Source of the DNA: Bdellovibrionota bacterium
GTDB taxonomy: Bacteria; Bdellovibrionota_C; UBA2361; JAAYZI01
NCBI GenBank assembly: GCA_050950765.1
Contig: JBMNIF010000002.1
Span: forward strand, 960,001 to 1,024,000
Reading direction: 5' to 3'
DNA: 64,000 nt
Part shown: in pieces, positions 18,813 to 29,131 of the stretch
How positions within the stretch are numbered: the first letter of the stretch is position 1
How the letters are laid out: each line of letters starts with the position of its first letter
Program-made: the position numbers and the translations under genes
The notes under the pieces: model-generated
Told to the model about the DNA's origin: nothing
The model's input: only the letters and a program-made list of their open reading frames with translations
Database searches by the model: none

Positions 18813-20244
18813 CTACATCTTGCGGAAGGAGGCCTTTTTCGAACTCTTTTCGTAGGGTGCGGATCTCTTCTACCTCTTCCGTTTCTGAAGAGGGGTAGCC
18901 CTCTGTTAACCTTAGGGCGGATAGACAACTACTTTTCGAGTGAGCGGAACCTGCTATCGGGAGTAGCCTCTGATCTTGATCTCGGCGTTTAGCACCGCCG
19001 TTTATCCCTGTTCCTTCTGGAGAGGTGCAGAATTCAGTACCTGCCGAATCGTACGGCGGATAGATATACCAGTTACCATCACGCCCCTTGTAGTGCGTTG
19101 CAAAATGAAAACGGGTGATTGAATTTGTGGCACCGCTGGTAGCGCCTCCCCATTGCGTAGCGTGACAACCATAAAAAGGACAATCTGCATCTGATAAAGG
19201 TGCTCCCGCTAAACTCATGCCGACAGCGCGGCTAAGTTGATGCGCAATAATCCAATACAGATCGATAAAGGTGTCTTGTGTGGCAGGCGCAGAGACCTCC
19301 TTCAGCCGTTGTAAGATCTCAGAATGCGCAACTACTAAAGCATCGTTTATAATAATACGATCAGTCGTGAGTGGCGTGCTTGTAGACCCAGGGATCTTTT
19401 TAGCATACCAAAATGAATCGGTAAGGTGTTGCGGCTTAGTCGAAATCCAAAGACCTCTCTGATCTGATAATTTAGCATCAGATCTATTTTTTGTTAGAGA
19501 CCTGCTAAAATTAGATACGTATTGATCTTCGGTAATAAAATGTAACGCTACTCCACTCTTTTCAAAATAACCTAGACCAAGATTGTCAGGATCGTGAATA
19601 AAAAGATCTTTTTGTAGTGGGTTTGTTGAAATCCAACCAGTGACGGTAAAAAAACCACGATACTCTTCAAATAATGTCAAACCATCACCACGAAAATCGC
19701 TAAGAGGTAGATCGTCATTATCACTATCTTGCAGCGATCTCTGAACGGCGTATTGATCTTCCCAAACATCAGCGATCTTATTTCTGTTGTTATCAACGGG
19801 AATGGTATAGCCCCCTTGCTGTGTTGTCTTGCAAGGTATCCAGACACCGTTCTGTAACGTTTCAGCAGTGATCTCTCCCCAAGCAGCACCATCAAGCGCT
19901 TTTATAATAACAGAAGCCGTTCTTACTTTTGTACGTGTTTCTATGCTAAAGCCGTTAGTAGTTTCGGATGCCTCTAAGAAAGAGCTCTGATTTGGCTTAA
20001 AGATCAGATCAAAATTATCACCATCTCCATAATTAAGAGCCACCCCTTTATAACGTGTTACATTAGATAAATTAAAACGGAAGCGCAGGGGTTGTGGTGA
20101 AGAAGTTTGTGCTGTGATCGTTATCTCGCCATTAGGTCTAGGTCGCCAAGAGTATTCCGGAGCATTCAGAGTAGCAGTAACTTCTGCCTGAACGATTACA
20201 GGTGCAAAGAAAAAAGATATAAGAGCTAGTTTTAAGAGCGACAT
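18775..20244 (-). CDS. Secreted protein with degenerate zincin-like motif
   Basis: Signal peptide; DNNRNKIADVWE and GDGLTLFEEYRGF acidic motifs; IAHQLSRAVG where HELGHxxG would be expected. Confidence 0.6.
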   Translation of the reverse strand: MSLLKLALISFFFAPVIVQAEVTATLNAPEYSWRPRPNGEITITAQTSSPQPLRFRFNLSNVTRYKGVALNYGDGDNFDLIFKPNQSSFLEASETTNGFSIETRTKVRTASVIIKALDGAAWGEITAETLQNGVWIPCKTTQQGGYTIPVDNNRNKIADVWEDQYAVQRSLQDSDNDDLPLSDFRGDGLTLFEEYRGFFTVTGWISTNPLQKDLFIHDPDNLGLGYFEKSGVALHFITEDQYVSNFSRSLTKNRSDAKLSDQRGLWISTKPQHLTDSFWYAKKIPGSTSTPLTTDRIIINDALVVAHSEILQRLKEVSAPATQDTFIDLYWIIAHQLSRAVGMSLAGAPLSDADCPFYGCHATQWGGATSGATNSITRFHFATHYKGRDGNWYIYPPYDSAGTEFCTSPEGTGINGGAKRRDQDQRLLPIAGSAHSKSSCLSALRLTEGYPSSETEEVEEIRTLRKEFEKGLLPQDVAPPFKAARTGSN

Positions 20245-21032
20245 TAGACACTTTTAATGGTTGCTATCGATTCGCCGTATTTTAATAACTGCCCTGCTTT
20301 TAAGGGAAGAGGAGTTATTCGATCGGGCTCAAAGAGTAAAACCACAGTAGATCCGAGTTTAAAAGTTGCCATCTTATCCCCTGCAGAAAGGATCTTGCTG
20401 CCCGACACACCCTCTTTATACTGCAACGAAATACCACCTACATTTAACGCTGCTACCATAATAACGGCAAGTAGCCCCAGATCTGTTTTTAAAATAACGA
20501 TCAACCTCTCATTTCTAGTAAAGAGGTTGTCATAACGGTTTAAAGCCCAGTCGTTAACGGGGAGAAGAGAGCCTGCTACATGAATAACGTCTATTATTTC
20601 TCCACCAAACGGAGCGTGAATATGGTGATAATTTTGCGGAGATAGGTAGAGATTAAAAAAATCACCGTTCATAAAATGGTCTGCATACCGTTTGTCAGAC
20701 ACAAGATCTGATATAGAATAGTTACGTCCTTTAACCTGTTCTATGGTATCATCTTCAATCTTCCCGAAATTACGTAACCTGCCATCCACAGGACTGACCA
20801 CACCATTTTCGATCGCTCTTGCATCCGGTTTTAGATCGCGAATAAAAAAATCTCCGATCGTTCGATACTCCGAGAGTGGCTTAGCTGCTTCTGCAACATC
20901 TATCTTATAAAACTTGGCGAATGCTTTTACGCTCAGTGTTGAAAACGGAGCGGGAAGCTTACAATATGCTGCACGCCCTGCAAAATGGCTGATTAAATTT
21001 GTAATCTTGAACATGGCGGGGTTATAACTCAA
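20244..21032 (-). CDS. psd: Phosphatidylserine decarboxylase proenzyme
   Basis: Motifs FFIRDLK, SPVDG, YLSPQNYHHIH, RNER, FKLGSTVVLLF (LGST self-cleavage site). Confidence 0.92.
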   Translation of the reverse strand: MSYNPAMFKITNLISHFAGRAAYCKLPAPFSTLSVKAFAKFYKIDVAEAAKPLSEYRTIGDFFIRDLKPDARAIENGVVSPVDGRLRNFGKIEDDTIEQVKGRNYSISDLVSDKRYADHFMNGDFFNLYLSPQNYHHIHAPFGGEIIDVIHVAGSLLPVNDWALNRYDNLFTRNERLIVILKTDLGLLAVIMVAALNVGGISLQYKEGVSGSKILSAGDKMATFKLGSTVVLLFEPDRITPLPLKAGQLLKYGESIATIKSV

Positions 21033-21124
21033 ATCATCACAATGATTAAAGTGTCAAAACGAGAAATTTGGAGAGTTATTGGCTTTTTTTAAGTATATTT
21101 CAGATAAAAGGGCAGTGTGGAGGT

Positions 21125-22288
21125 ATGATGATAAGCGATCTTAATCAGAAACTTATTAAAAAGCAGATAAAATTTAATTGGAGTGGGATCTCTACAATTT
21201 TTGATTCTTCACAGGCGCTTTTTAGCTCTGTTGATATCGATCTGGGTACTAGAGCACTTCTAAATTCTCTGCGCAAAAATAAAGAATTAGATCTTTCTCG
21301 AGTTTTGGATTTGGGGTGCGGTTATGGTCCTATCGGGATCTTTCTTAAAAAACAGGATCCAACGCGAGAGATAGTAATGACTGATCGAGATCTACTAGCG
21401 GTTAAGTTCACTCAACACAACGCCCTACTAAACGAAACGGATGTGACGGTGCTTCCTGCCCTTGATTATGAGGGGATTAAAGAAAAATTTTCCTTAATCA
21501 TCACTAATTTCCCAGCAAAATTGGAAAAACAGGGGCTTTTCGGATTTATCGCTAAGGCATCAAGAACACTCTTAGCACAAGGTGTTTTTGCAATAGTTGT
21601 TGTGCAGGAATTATGCGCAGATCTTGAAGATATTTTAGTAGATCTCGGTGATAAGGTAAGGCTCTGCTACCTTGAAAAGAAGAAGGGATACACAATTTTT
21701 CACCTTAAATTTAATGACACTATCGAGGGCGAAGTTAATTATCAAAGAGGTACCCTTGAGCTTCTGAATGAGTACTTACAAGATGATAAGAGGTTAAAAG
21801 TTTTAACGGCACGAGGGTTACCTGAGTTTGATACCTTGAGTTACGATACACAGTTATTGATATCACTTTTAAAAGGCTTCTCGAGTGCTCCGGAGTCGTT
21901 ATATGTTTTGGAATCCGGACAGGGGCACGGTGTTGTCGCTGCTGCATTATTATGTAAATCCATTAAAGAGATCTCTTTAAATAGTAGGGATCTTTTAGCG
22001 CTACGCTTTTCAAAGAGAAATCTTGAAGCGTATTTTGAAGAAACTATACACCTCTTTCCAAAGCCGTATCTCGACACTCTTCCAATAGTAGATCTTCTAA
22101 TCTGGAATGTTAGGAGCAAAAACAATCTAGTTGTGCACGAGGTCAATGCCGCTCTCTTAAAACAAAATAGGGAAAAGATGTTGTTTTATGGAGAAGCTTC
22201 AATTCTTGAGTATCTGATTGCAAAGTACAGCTTTAAATGTATTAAAAAGGTTTATAACAAAGGATACGTTGCGTTATTGGTAAACTAA
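21125..22288 (+). CDS. Class I SAM methyltransferase, RsmC/MTS-like tandem domains
   Basis: FSSVDIDLGT, VLDLGCGYGPIG, TNFP; degenerate second domain. Start moved to the ATG after GGAGG. Confidence 0.8.
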   Translation: MMISDLNQKLIKKQIKFNWSGISTIFDSSQALFSSVDIDLGTRALLNSLRKNKELDLSRVLDLGCGYGPIGIFLKKQDPTREIVMTDRDLLAVKFTQHNALLNETDVTVLPALDYEGIKEKFSLIITNFPAKLEKQGLFGFIAKASRTLLAQGVFAIVVVQELCADLEDILVDLGDKVRLCYLEKKKGYTIFHLKFNDTIEGEVNYQRGTLELLNEYLQDDKRLKVLTARGLPEFDTLSYDTQLLISLLKGFSSAPESLYVLESGQGHGVVAAALLCKSIKEISLNSRDLLALRFSKRNLEAYFEETIHLFPKPYLDTLPIVDLLIWNVRSKNNLVVHEVNAALLKQNREKMLFYGEASILEYLIAKYSFKCIKKVYNKGYVALLVN

Positions 22289-22437
22289 CCACATTTTTTC
22301 TCTCTTTTTAAAGAGATAAAAATACATTCTGTTTATCGTTAAAAAGAAGTATATTGCGCTCAACTGTTTTTTGAGTTCTTGTTTTGATTATTAGGGCAAG
22401 CAACAGATGTAAAAAACCTCTAAAGTGGGGGAGAGAT

Positions 22438-23931
22438 ATGCGTGTACTTACTTGGTTCTCTATAATTTTGTTGGTGGCGTTTTATATCGTTCAACCTGTC
22501 GATGATCCTGATCTGTGGTGGCATATTACGGTCGGCCGTTGGATCTTAGCTAATGCTGAAATCCCGACAGTTGATCTTTGGAACCGTTTTTCTGATGGAT
22601 CTTTATGGCGAGCCTACTCTTGGAGTAGTGAGGTTCTCTTTGCTCTCTTTGATAAACATTTCGGCATTCAGGGGTTAATGATTTTAAAGATCATAATCAC
22701 TGTTTTGCTAACAGCCTCTCTTTTTTACTGCATGGGACGCATCTCAAAAGATTGGTTTATCGGCGCTTTGTTAGGCACCTTTTCAACAGCGGCTTGCTAT
22801 AATCATCTAACGTTACGACCACAAACGATAGTTTGGATCTTCCTTGCTTGGTTGTTATATCTGTTAAACAAAATTGATAAAGAGGGTCTCTCCCTGTGGC
22901 GTTCCGTTGCACTGGTGGGGATCTTTTGTGCATGGGCTAATACCCATTTAAGTACAGCACTAGGGATAATGACGGTTGTTTTTTGGTTGTACGCTCCTGG
23001 AAGATTAAAGTTAACGTTACAAGCTTTTTTACTTTCTCTCTTTGGAACCCTTATTACCCCGTACTACGGAGGTGAGTGGTTAACGTTTTTTAGTAAAACA
23101 GGTCATCCTTTTAAGATGAATGTTATCGCTGAATTTCAAACAGCTACTATCTTACAACACTCCACAGCATTCTTAATCATTGCAGTAGCGTTATTGATGG
23201 TGTTCCTCTACTTTAATTTGCGTTTAATCAGTGTCGGAAAGATCTTTCTATGTATGATTTTCACGGCAGGCGCTTTAGCTGTTTTAAAGTTTTTGCCGAT
23301 GGCGGTAACAGTGCTGTGCGCTGCTGTGGCAACATGCTGGGCTAATTCTGTAGATGAAAGGGAGAAATTCGGAGGTCTGCCAGAAGGTTTTGAAAAGTTG
23401 CGTAGGTGTTATGATTGGCTACCCTCTTCGGGGCTAACTTTTTTCTGTTGTTGCTTGGCGATCGTCCAAATTTATCCGAAATGGAGAGACCTGCAAACTT
23501 ATACAGCAACACCTGTTGGCTCTGTTGATTTTATACAGGAAAAGAATTTGCCGCATCCTATTATGAGTGGCTTCGGTCAAGGGGGATATCTGATGTATCG
23601 CTTTAGTGATGGTGATGGAAACCTTGAACATAAAGTAGCTATTGATGGCAGGACTAACGTTAATTCGCCAGAAGTTTGGGAAAAGTTCTACGCAGCGCTT
23701 TATCTTAAACATAACTGGAAGGAGTTCTTTGAATTAGTTCAACCAGAAACGGTACTTTGGAAAACAGATACGCCGTTAACGACGTTGCTTTTAGAATCTC
23801 CTGAGTGGTGTCGAGTTCATCTTTTCGGAGATGAGGAGAAGGGCTTCTCTGTTTTTGTAAAAGCAGAATATTTTAAAACTCGTCCTGATCTAACCTCTAA
23901 TGATTGCAAAAGGCTCGATAAAAAAGGGTAG
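22438..23931 (+). CDS. Multi-pass membrane protein, possibly a GT-C-fold glycosyltransferase
   Basis: DPDLWWH after the first TM helix, RPQ, WANTH, GGYL...IDGR; many TM segments. Confidence 0.6.
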   Translation: MRVLTWFSIILLVAFYIVQPVDDPDLWWHITVGRWILANAEIPTVDLWNRFSDGSLWRAYSWSSEVLFALFDKHFGIQGLMILKIIITVLLTASLFYCMGRISKDWFIGALLGTFSTAACYNHLTLRPQTIVWIFLAWLLYLLNKIDKEGLSLWRSVALVGIFCAWANTHLSTALGIMTVVFWLYAPGRLKLTLQAFLLSLFGTLITPYYGGEWLTFFSKTGHPFKMNVIAEFQTATILQHSTAFLIIAVALLMVFLYFNLRLISVGKIFLCMIFTAGALAVLKFLPMAVTVLCAAVATCWANSVDEREKFGGLPEGFEKLRRCYDWLPSSGLTFFCCCLAIVQIYPKWRDLQTYTATPVGSVDFIQEKNLPHPIMSGFGQGGYLMYRFSDGDGNLEHKVAIDGRTNVNSPEVWEKFYAALYLKHNWKEFFELVQPETVLWKTDTPLTTLLLESPEWCRVHLFGDEEKGFSVFVKAEYFKTRPDLTSNDCKRLDKKG

Positions 23932-24077
23932 ATTGCGCTAAGTTGATTTTGAAAGTTTAAGATAGTATTTTTATGGTCGTTTTGGTAACATGATCGGCGC
24001 AATTTTTATCTGTTAAAAACACTTTTATGGTAACGGATAAAGTTTTTATACCGATTTTTTTATTGGAGATAATACAG

Positions 24078-24176
24078 ATGGGGAAAGGAGATTTAAGAAC
24101 AAGACGGGGTAAAATTGCTAATTCCAGCTACGGAGTGGCTCGTCCCAAGAATAACAAGAAAAAAGCGAAGAAGTAG
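24078..24176 (+). CDS. thx: 30S ribosomal protein bTHX (THX)
   Basis: Hand translation MGKGDLRTRRGKIANSSYGVARPKNNKKKAKK* (32 aa) with RBS GGAG; matches the THX pattern GKGDxxTxRGKIxxGxYGxxRP. Below the ORF-track cutoff. Confidence 0.9.
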   Translation: MGKGDLRTRRGKIANSSYGVARPKNNKKKAKK

Positions 24177-24270
24177 TTTTATTGATTTTAATGATGCTTT
24201 CTCCGTTTCTTGATATTTAGTTGAGCAGAGATTAATTTAGTAAGATTGAGCAACAAACATTGATAATAAT

Positions 24271-25350
24271 ATGACGAAGAGGCGTATCGGAGTCTTAACT
24301 GCTGGGGGCGATTGCCCTGGACTTAATGCAGCTATGCGAGGCATCGGCAAGGCCTGCATAGGGTCTTTTCAGATGGATGTGATCGGTTTTAGGGATGGCT
24401 TTAAGGGGCTGGCGGAAGATCGTGTCACAGATCTTTCAGGTGATGTCTTATCCGGAATCTTAACTATCGGTGGTACAATTCTTGGTACTAGTCGTGATAA
24501 ACCGAAAAAGGTCTTTGTCGACGGTAAGACGGTAGATATGACGGAAGTCATCGTTAATAACTATCGGAAGCACGCCCTAGACGCTTTAGTCTGTATCGGT
24601 GGTGGTGGTACCCAAAAAAATGCGTATCAATTAGTTGAAGAAGGGTTGAATATAATTACCCTTCCGAAAACGATAGATAATGATGTGGTTGAAACAGATG
24701 TTACTTTCGGGTTTGATACCGCTTTAGGGATCGCCACAGAAGCGATCGATCGTTTGCACAGTACGGCTGACAGTCATCATAGAATTATTGTTGTAGAGGT
24801 GATGGGGCATAAAGCTGGTTGGTTGGCACTGGGTGCGGGGATTGCAGGTGGTGCTGATGTTATTTTACTACCGGAGATCCCGTATCACGTCGAAGTTGTG
24901 GCAGAGGCTATCTCTTGGCGTAGAAAACAGGGGAAAACTTTCAGTATTGTTGCCATTGCAGAAGGGGCTTTAAGCCAAGAAGAGTTGGCTAATAAACGAG
25001 ATTACTCTGATGAGAAAGGCAGGAATGATCTCTTTGCTGCCAGTCATGCTTTAGCACTCTCCAAACAACTTGAACAACTGACAGGGTTAGAGTCTCGTGT
25101 AACGATCTTAGGTCATTTACAACGTGGTGGGGCACCCTCTGCTGGAGATAGACTTTTAGCTACGCGACTCGGTACTGCCTGTGCGGAATTTATCGCTGAA
25201 GATCGTTACGGAATTATGGTAGCTGCGAAAGGTGCTGGAGTTGAAGCGGTGCCTCTGGAGAAGGTGGCGGGAAAAAGAAAAACAGTTCCCCTTGATCATC
25301 CGTGGATTAAAAGCGCAAAACACGTCGGAACGTGCTTTGGAGATAGTTAA
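24271..25350 (+). CDS. pfkA: 6-phosphofructokinase (group III type, probably ATP-dependent)
   Basis: Motifs [42 protein letters not shown]. Confidence 0.92.
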   Translation: MTKRRIGVLTAGGDCPGLNAAMRGIGKACIGSFQMDVIGFRDGFKGLAEDRVTDLSGDVLSGILTIGGTILGTSRDKPKKVFVDGKTVDMTEVIVNNYRKHALDALVCIGGGGTQKNAYQLVEEGLNIITLPKTIDNDVVETDVTFGFDTALGIATEAIDRLHSTADSHHRIIVVEVMGHKAGWLALGAGIAGGADVILLPEIPYHVEVVAEAISWRRKQGKTFSIVAIAEGALSQEELANKRDYSDEKGRNDLFAASHALALSKQLEQLTGLESRVTILGHLQRGGAPSAGDRLLATRLGTACAEFIAEDRYGIMVAAKGAGVEAVPLEKVAGKRKTVPLDHPWIKSAKHVGTCFGDS

Positions 25351-25480
25351 AACAAAAGAGAGATCTAAACCACTCCGAGATCTTTAGAGTGTCTCACAGA
25401 CATTGATACCGTTTATATCTAAATTTATAGCGGTGTGTGAAGTGCCTGTTAACTTAAAAAGTAGCAGACACTCCCACCAC

Positions 25481-28400
25481 TTAGTTATTTACTACCTTGA
25501 TAGCTATTGTTACAGCGCTACCCTCAATATCCAATTCTTTAGTGATCTGCGGATCTGTTAAACTCTCAGCAAGGTTTACACAAAGAGTTTCTGATTTTAT
25601 GTAATCACCGTGTTTAGCTAAAACATCAGCTAAACCTTGAATGGACATCTCAATCCTATCAGTCACGTTGAAGTCACCTTCCTTACGCATCTCCTGAATT
25701 TGACGAACCAAGTCACGAGCTTTTCCTTCAGCTTCTAAATCAGGGGTGATGGTAGTGTCTAACGCTACAACAACACCTTTGATTGATTCGACCGCTAGAT
25801 CTTCATGCCCGATATAGACAACATCCATCTCATCTGCTGCTAACTGATAGTCTCCTACCGTAAATGTGCCGTCACTATTCTTCGTAAACTCTCCCTGTTT
25901 TGCTAAGGCGATGACTTTCTGCACATCACGTCCTAACTTCGGTCCAAGAATGCGTGCATTGGGAGCACCAACACATTTAGCAATCTGTTCTACATCAGCT
26001 ACGATCTCAACTGCCTTTACATTCAACTCCTCTTGAATCGATTGAGCGTGTTTTTCAAGAGAGAGAGGTCTTTCAAGAACTATCTCAACCTTATTAAGAG
26101 GTTGACGAACGCGGATCTTTTCTCTAGCACGAATAGCTAAACCAGCAGCGATGATATTACGAACTGTTTCGATATCTTTACTGAGGTCTAAGTCTATCCA
26201 ACTACTATCAACTTCCGGCCAATCTTGTAGGTGAACACTCTCTGTAAAGCCTAAACGTTGCCAGACATTCTCCGCTAAGAACGGACAGAACGGTGCTAAC
26301 ACTAAAGTTAAGCGTGATAAGACGCGGTAGATCGTTGCACAAAATGCGATCTTATCCGGATCTTGCGGATCTGGACTCCACATCCTTTGACGACTACGCC
26401 GAATGTACCAGTTGTTTAAGACATCCAAGAAATCAGGGATTAAATTCATAGCTTCATGAATGGCATAACCGTCTAACTTCTCTGTTATGCGATCAATTAA
26501 GATCTCCGTTTCAGAAAGGATAAAACGATCCAGCTCTGAAAGTTGATACTCTTCAAGTGGTTTTGTTAAGTTCTCTGAATCGATCTGATCGATCTCGGCG
26601 TAGGTTGTAAAAAATGAAAGAGCATTCCATAACGGTAAGGAGAGACGTTTTATCATATTTGATAAGCCATCATCCTTAAAACAGTGCTCGCCCATCCAGA
26701 TTACACTTGTTGATAGTAGGTAAGATCTAAAAGCATCAGCGCCGTACTTATCTAATAGCACAAGTGGATCGGTGTAGTTGTTTAAAGATTTAGATAATTT
26801 TTTACCGTCAGCAGCTAGTAACGTTCCGTGAACAAGACAGTTATGAAAAGCAGGTTTGTCAAATAATGCCGTTGATAGGACGTGCATTACATAAAACCAA
26901 CCACGTAACTGTGAAGAGTACTCAACTACAAATTGTGACGGAAAATGATCTTTAAAGAACTCCTTATTTTCAAAAGGGTAGTGCCACTGTCCGTAAGGCA
27001 TGGAACCTGATTCAAACCATCCATCAAGCACCTCTGGCACATGTCGTTTAGTACCTCCGCACTTACAAGGATACGTGATCGGATCCAACCACTCTTTATG
27101 AATATCGGGCAGATCGTGTCCCGCAATCTTCTCTAGCTCTGCGATAGATCCGTAAACATCACGCTCTTGGCAGTGATCGCACTCCCAAACTGGAATCGGT
27201 GTTGCCCAGTATCGATTGCGCGATATATTCCAATCGCGGGCGTTCTCCAACCACTTCCCAAAACGCCCGTATTTAACGGAGGCAGGATACCAATTGATCT
27301 CCTCGTTATTTTTTAACAACTTGTCTTTGATCGCCGTTACATTAAGGTACCAAGCGTCAAGTGGTTTGTAGATAAGTGGAGAGCGACAACGCCAGCAGTG
27401 TGGATAGGTGTGCTCCATCGTTTCATCACGAATGACAAGCCCCTTATCTTTTAAGAATCTGATTATTTCAGGATTCGCTTCAAAAACATTCTTACCAGCA
27501 AAATCTGTGACAGCAGGGGCTAAATTACCCTGCTCATCAACAGCAGCTACGAGCGGAATGTCGTTAGCTCGACAAACCCAGTAGTCATCCTCTCCATAAG
27601 GAGCGATGTGCACGATGCCGGTACCGTCAGTGGTTGTAACGAAATCACCGAGTAAAACTCTAAAACGTCCTGTGCCTGCTTCATCGTAATACGGAAAAAG
27701 TGGTTGATAGGTATAACCACGATCAACTAATTCTTTCCCTGAAAACTCTTCAACAACTTCAAAGCCGTCAAGCTCTTTCTTATATTTTGCAATACAATCA
27801 GAGCCCATGATGAGTTGCTCATCACCCACCTTGATAAGGGAGTATTTAACATCTGCACCAACAGCTAACGCCAAGTTTGACGGTAAAGTCCAAGGCGTGG
27901 TCGTCCAAGCAACAAAATAGGTGTTCTCCAACTCTTTTGCTTTAAACTTAACGGTGATGGTTCGATCCTGTCTCGGACGCATACTATCATCAAGTCTGGT
28001 ATCTGAAATTGAAAGAGGCGTTTGACAACGGTAGCAATACGGGCTGACACGAAAATCTTTATAAATTAACCCCTTTTTATACGCTTCTGAAAAAGCCCAG
28101 ATAACAGATTCCATAAAGGTACGATTGAGGGTGGCGTACGGGTGGTGAAAATCAACCCATCTACCGATCCGTTCGATGTATGTTTCCCAAGCTTTATTAT
28201 ACTTTGAAACGATGTTGCGGCACTCGTCATTAAAAGCCTTAATTCCAATCTTGGTTTCGATCTCTTTTTTATCGGTGATGCCGAGATTTTTTTCAGCTTG
28301 AGTTTCAATCGGTAAGCCGTGACAGTCCCAACCCCAAGCACGAGGCACGTAGTAACCACGCATGGTTTTATAACGAGGGATTAAGTCTTTTAAAATAGAT

Positions 28401-28585
28401 ACAAAGAGTGTCCCGTGATGAGGATTGCCTGTCGGAAATGGAGGCCCATCATAAAAAACAAACTCCTCCTTGCCCTTATTCCGCTCCAGAGATGCTTCAA
28501 AAGTTTTTTCTTCTTTCCACCTTTTCAGTACGGTCTCTTCAAGGTCGGGAAACGATGGCTGTGATTCAACCTTTTTAAATTTCAT
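25481..28585 (-). CDS. ileS: Isoleucine--tRNA ligase, type 2 (IleRS2)
   Basis: Motifs FYDGPPF, GWDCHGLP, WTTTPWTLP, DWNISRNRYW, KLSKS; type 2 C-terminus (KVRQPL-like, ARDLVRQIQEMRK). Confidence 0.96.
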   Translation of the reverse strand: MKFKKVESQPSFPDLEETVLKRWKEEKTFEASLERNKGKEEFVFYDGPPFPTGNPHHGTLFVSILKDLIPRYKTMRGYYVPRAWGWDCHGLPIETQAEKNLGITDKKEIETKIGIKAFNDECRNIVSKYNKAWETYIERIGRWVDFHHPYATLNRTFMESVIWAFSEAYKKGLIYKDFRVSPYCYRCQTPLSISDTRLDDSMRPRQDRTITVKFKAKELENTYFVAWTTTPWTLPSNLALAVGADVKYSLIKVGDEQLIMGSDCIAKYKKELDGFEVVEEFSGKELVDRGYTYQPLFPYYDEAGTGRFRVLLGDFVTTTDGTGIVHIAPYGEDDYWVCRANDIPLVAAVDEQGNLAPAVTDFAGKNVFEANPEIIRFLKDKGLVIRDETMEHTYPHCWRCRSPLIYKPLDAWYLNVTAIKDKLLKNNEEINWYPASVKYGRFGKWLENARDWNISRNRYWATPIPVWECDHCQERDVYGSIAELEKIAGHDLPDIHKEWLDPITYPCKCGGTKRHVPEVLDGWFESGSMPYGQWHYPFENKEFFKDHFPSQFVVEYSSQLRGWFYVMHVLSTALFDKPAFHNCLVHGTLLAADGKKLSKSLNNYTDPLVLLDKYGADAFRSYLLSTSVIWMGEHCFKDDGLSNMIKRLSLPLWNALSFFTTYAEIDQIDSENLTKPLEEYQLSELDRFILSETEILIDRITEKLDGYAIHEAMNLIPDFLDVLNNWYIRRSRQRMWSPDPQDPDKIAFCATIYRVLSRLTLVLAPFCPFLAENVWQRLGFTESVHLQDWPEVDSSWIDLDLSKDIETVRNIIAAGLAIRAREKIRVRQPLNKVEIVLERPLSLEKHAQSIQEELNVKAVEIVADVEQIAKCVGAPNARILGPKLGRDVQKVIALAKQGEFTKNSDGTFTVGDYQLAADEMDVVYIGHEDLAVESIKGVVVALDTTITPDLEAEGKARDLVRQIQEMRKEGDFNVTDRIEMSIQGLADVLAKHGDYIKSETLCVNLAESLTDPQITKELDIEGSAVTIAIKVVNN

Positions 28586-29131
28586 TTTTTAAGTTCCTAA
28601 AATCAGGTAACCGCTTAGAGATATCTTTGACACCGTTTGTGTGGGCAACGTCGAATAATGCTCTAAAACAGTATTGAAGTTTGGAATTTTCCAAACTCAT
28701 TTAGACCTGTGTGATATCTGTGTTTTTCAGCTTGAAAACCGATCTAACGCAACACGGCGCAATATAACTGTTAAAGGTAGCAACTGCAAGCACTTGCTAA
28801 GGGGGGCAATTATTCGAAATTGTACCGTTTTTTGTAGTTATCACCTCGTCTGGTAAGGAGGTTAAGCATTAAAAGATCGGCTATTTTCTTAATACTGACG
28901 CAACTGTAACGAGCTTAAAACAACGCCTCATAACGTACCGATGCTGCACGGATTGCTGTCGATTTTCTTAGTCATTATAGCCGCCGCATAACAGTAGTGA
29001 TCGATTGACAATGCCCGCCAAGCATTGTATTACGCATTGAAATTATTAGAAATAACATTAGATCGCTGGTCTTACCGACAGGTTTAAGAGGTCGTTGCCT
29101 GTTAATTGATGCTCTAAGTGGGGAAGTCGAT

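Noticed and set aside
28586..29131. T-box leader or pseudogene upstream of ileS
   Set aside because: No GGTGGNACC on the minus strand. The frames I read have several stops and no recognisable homology.
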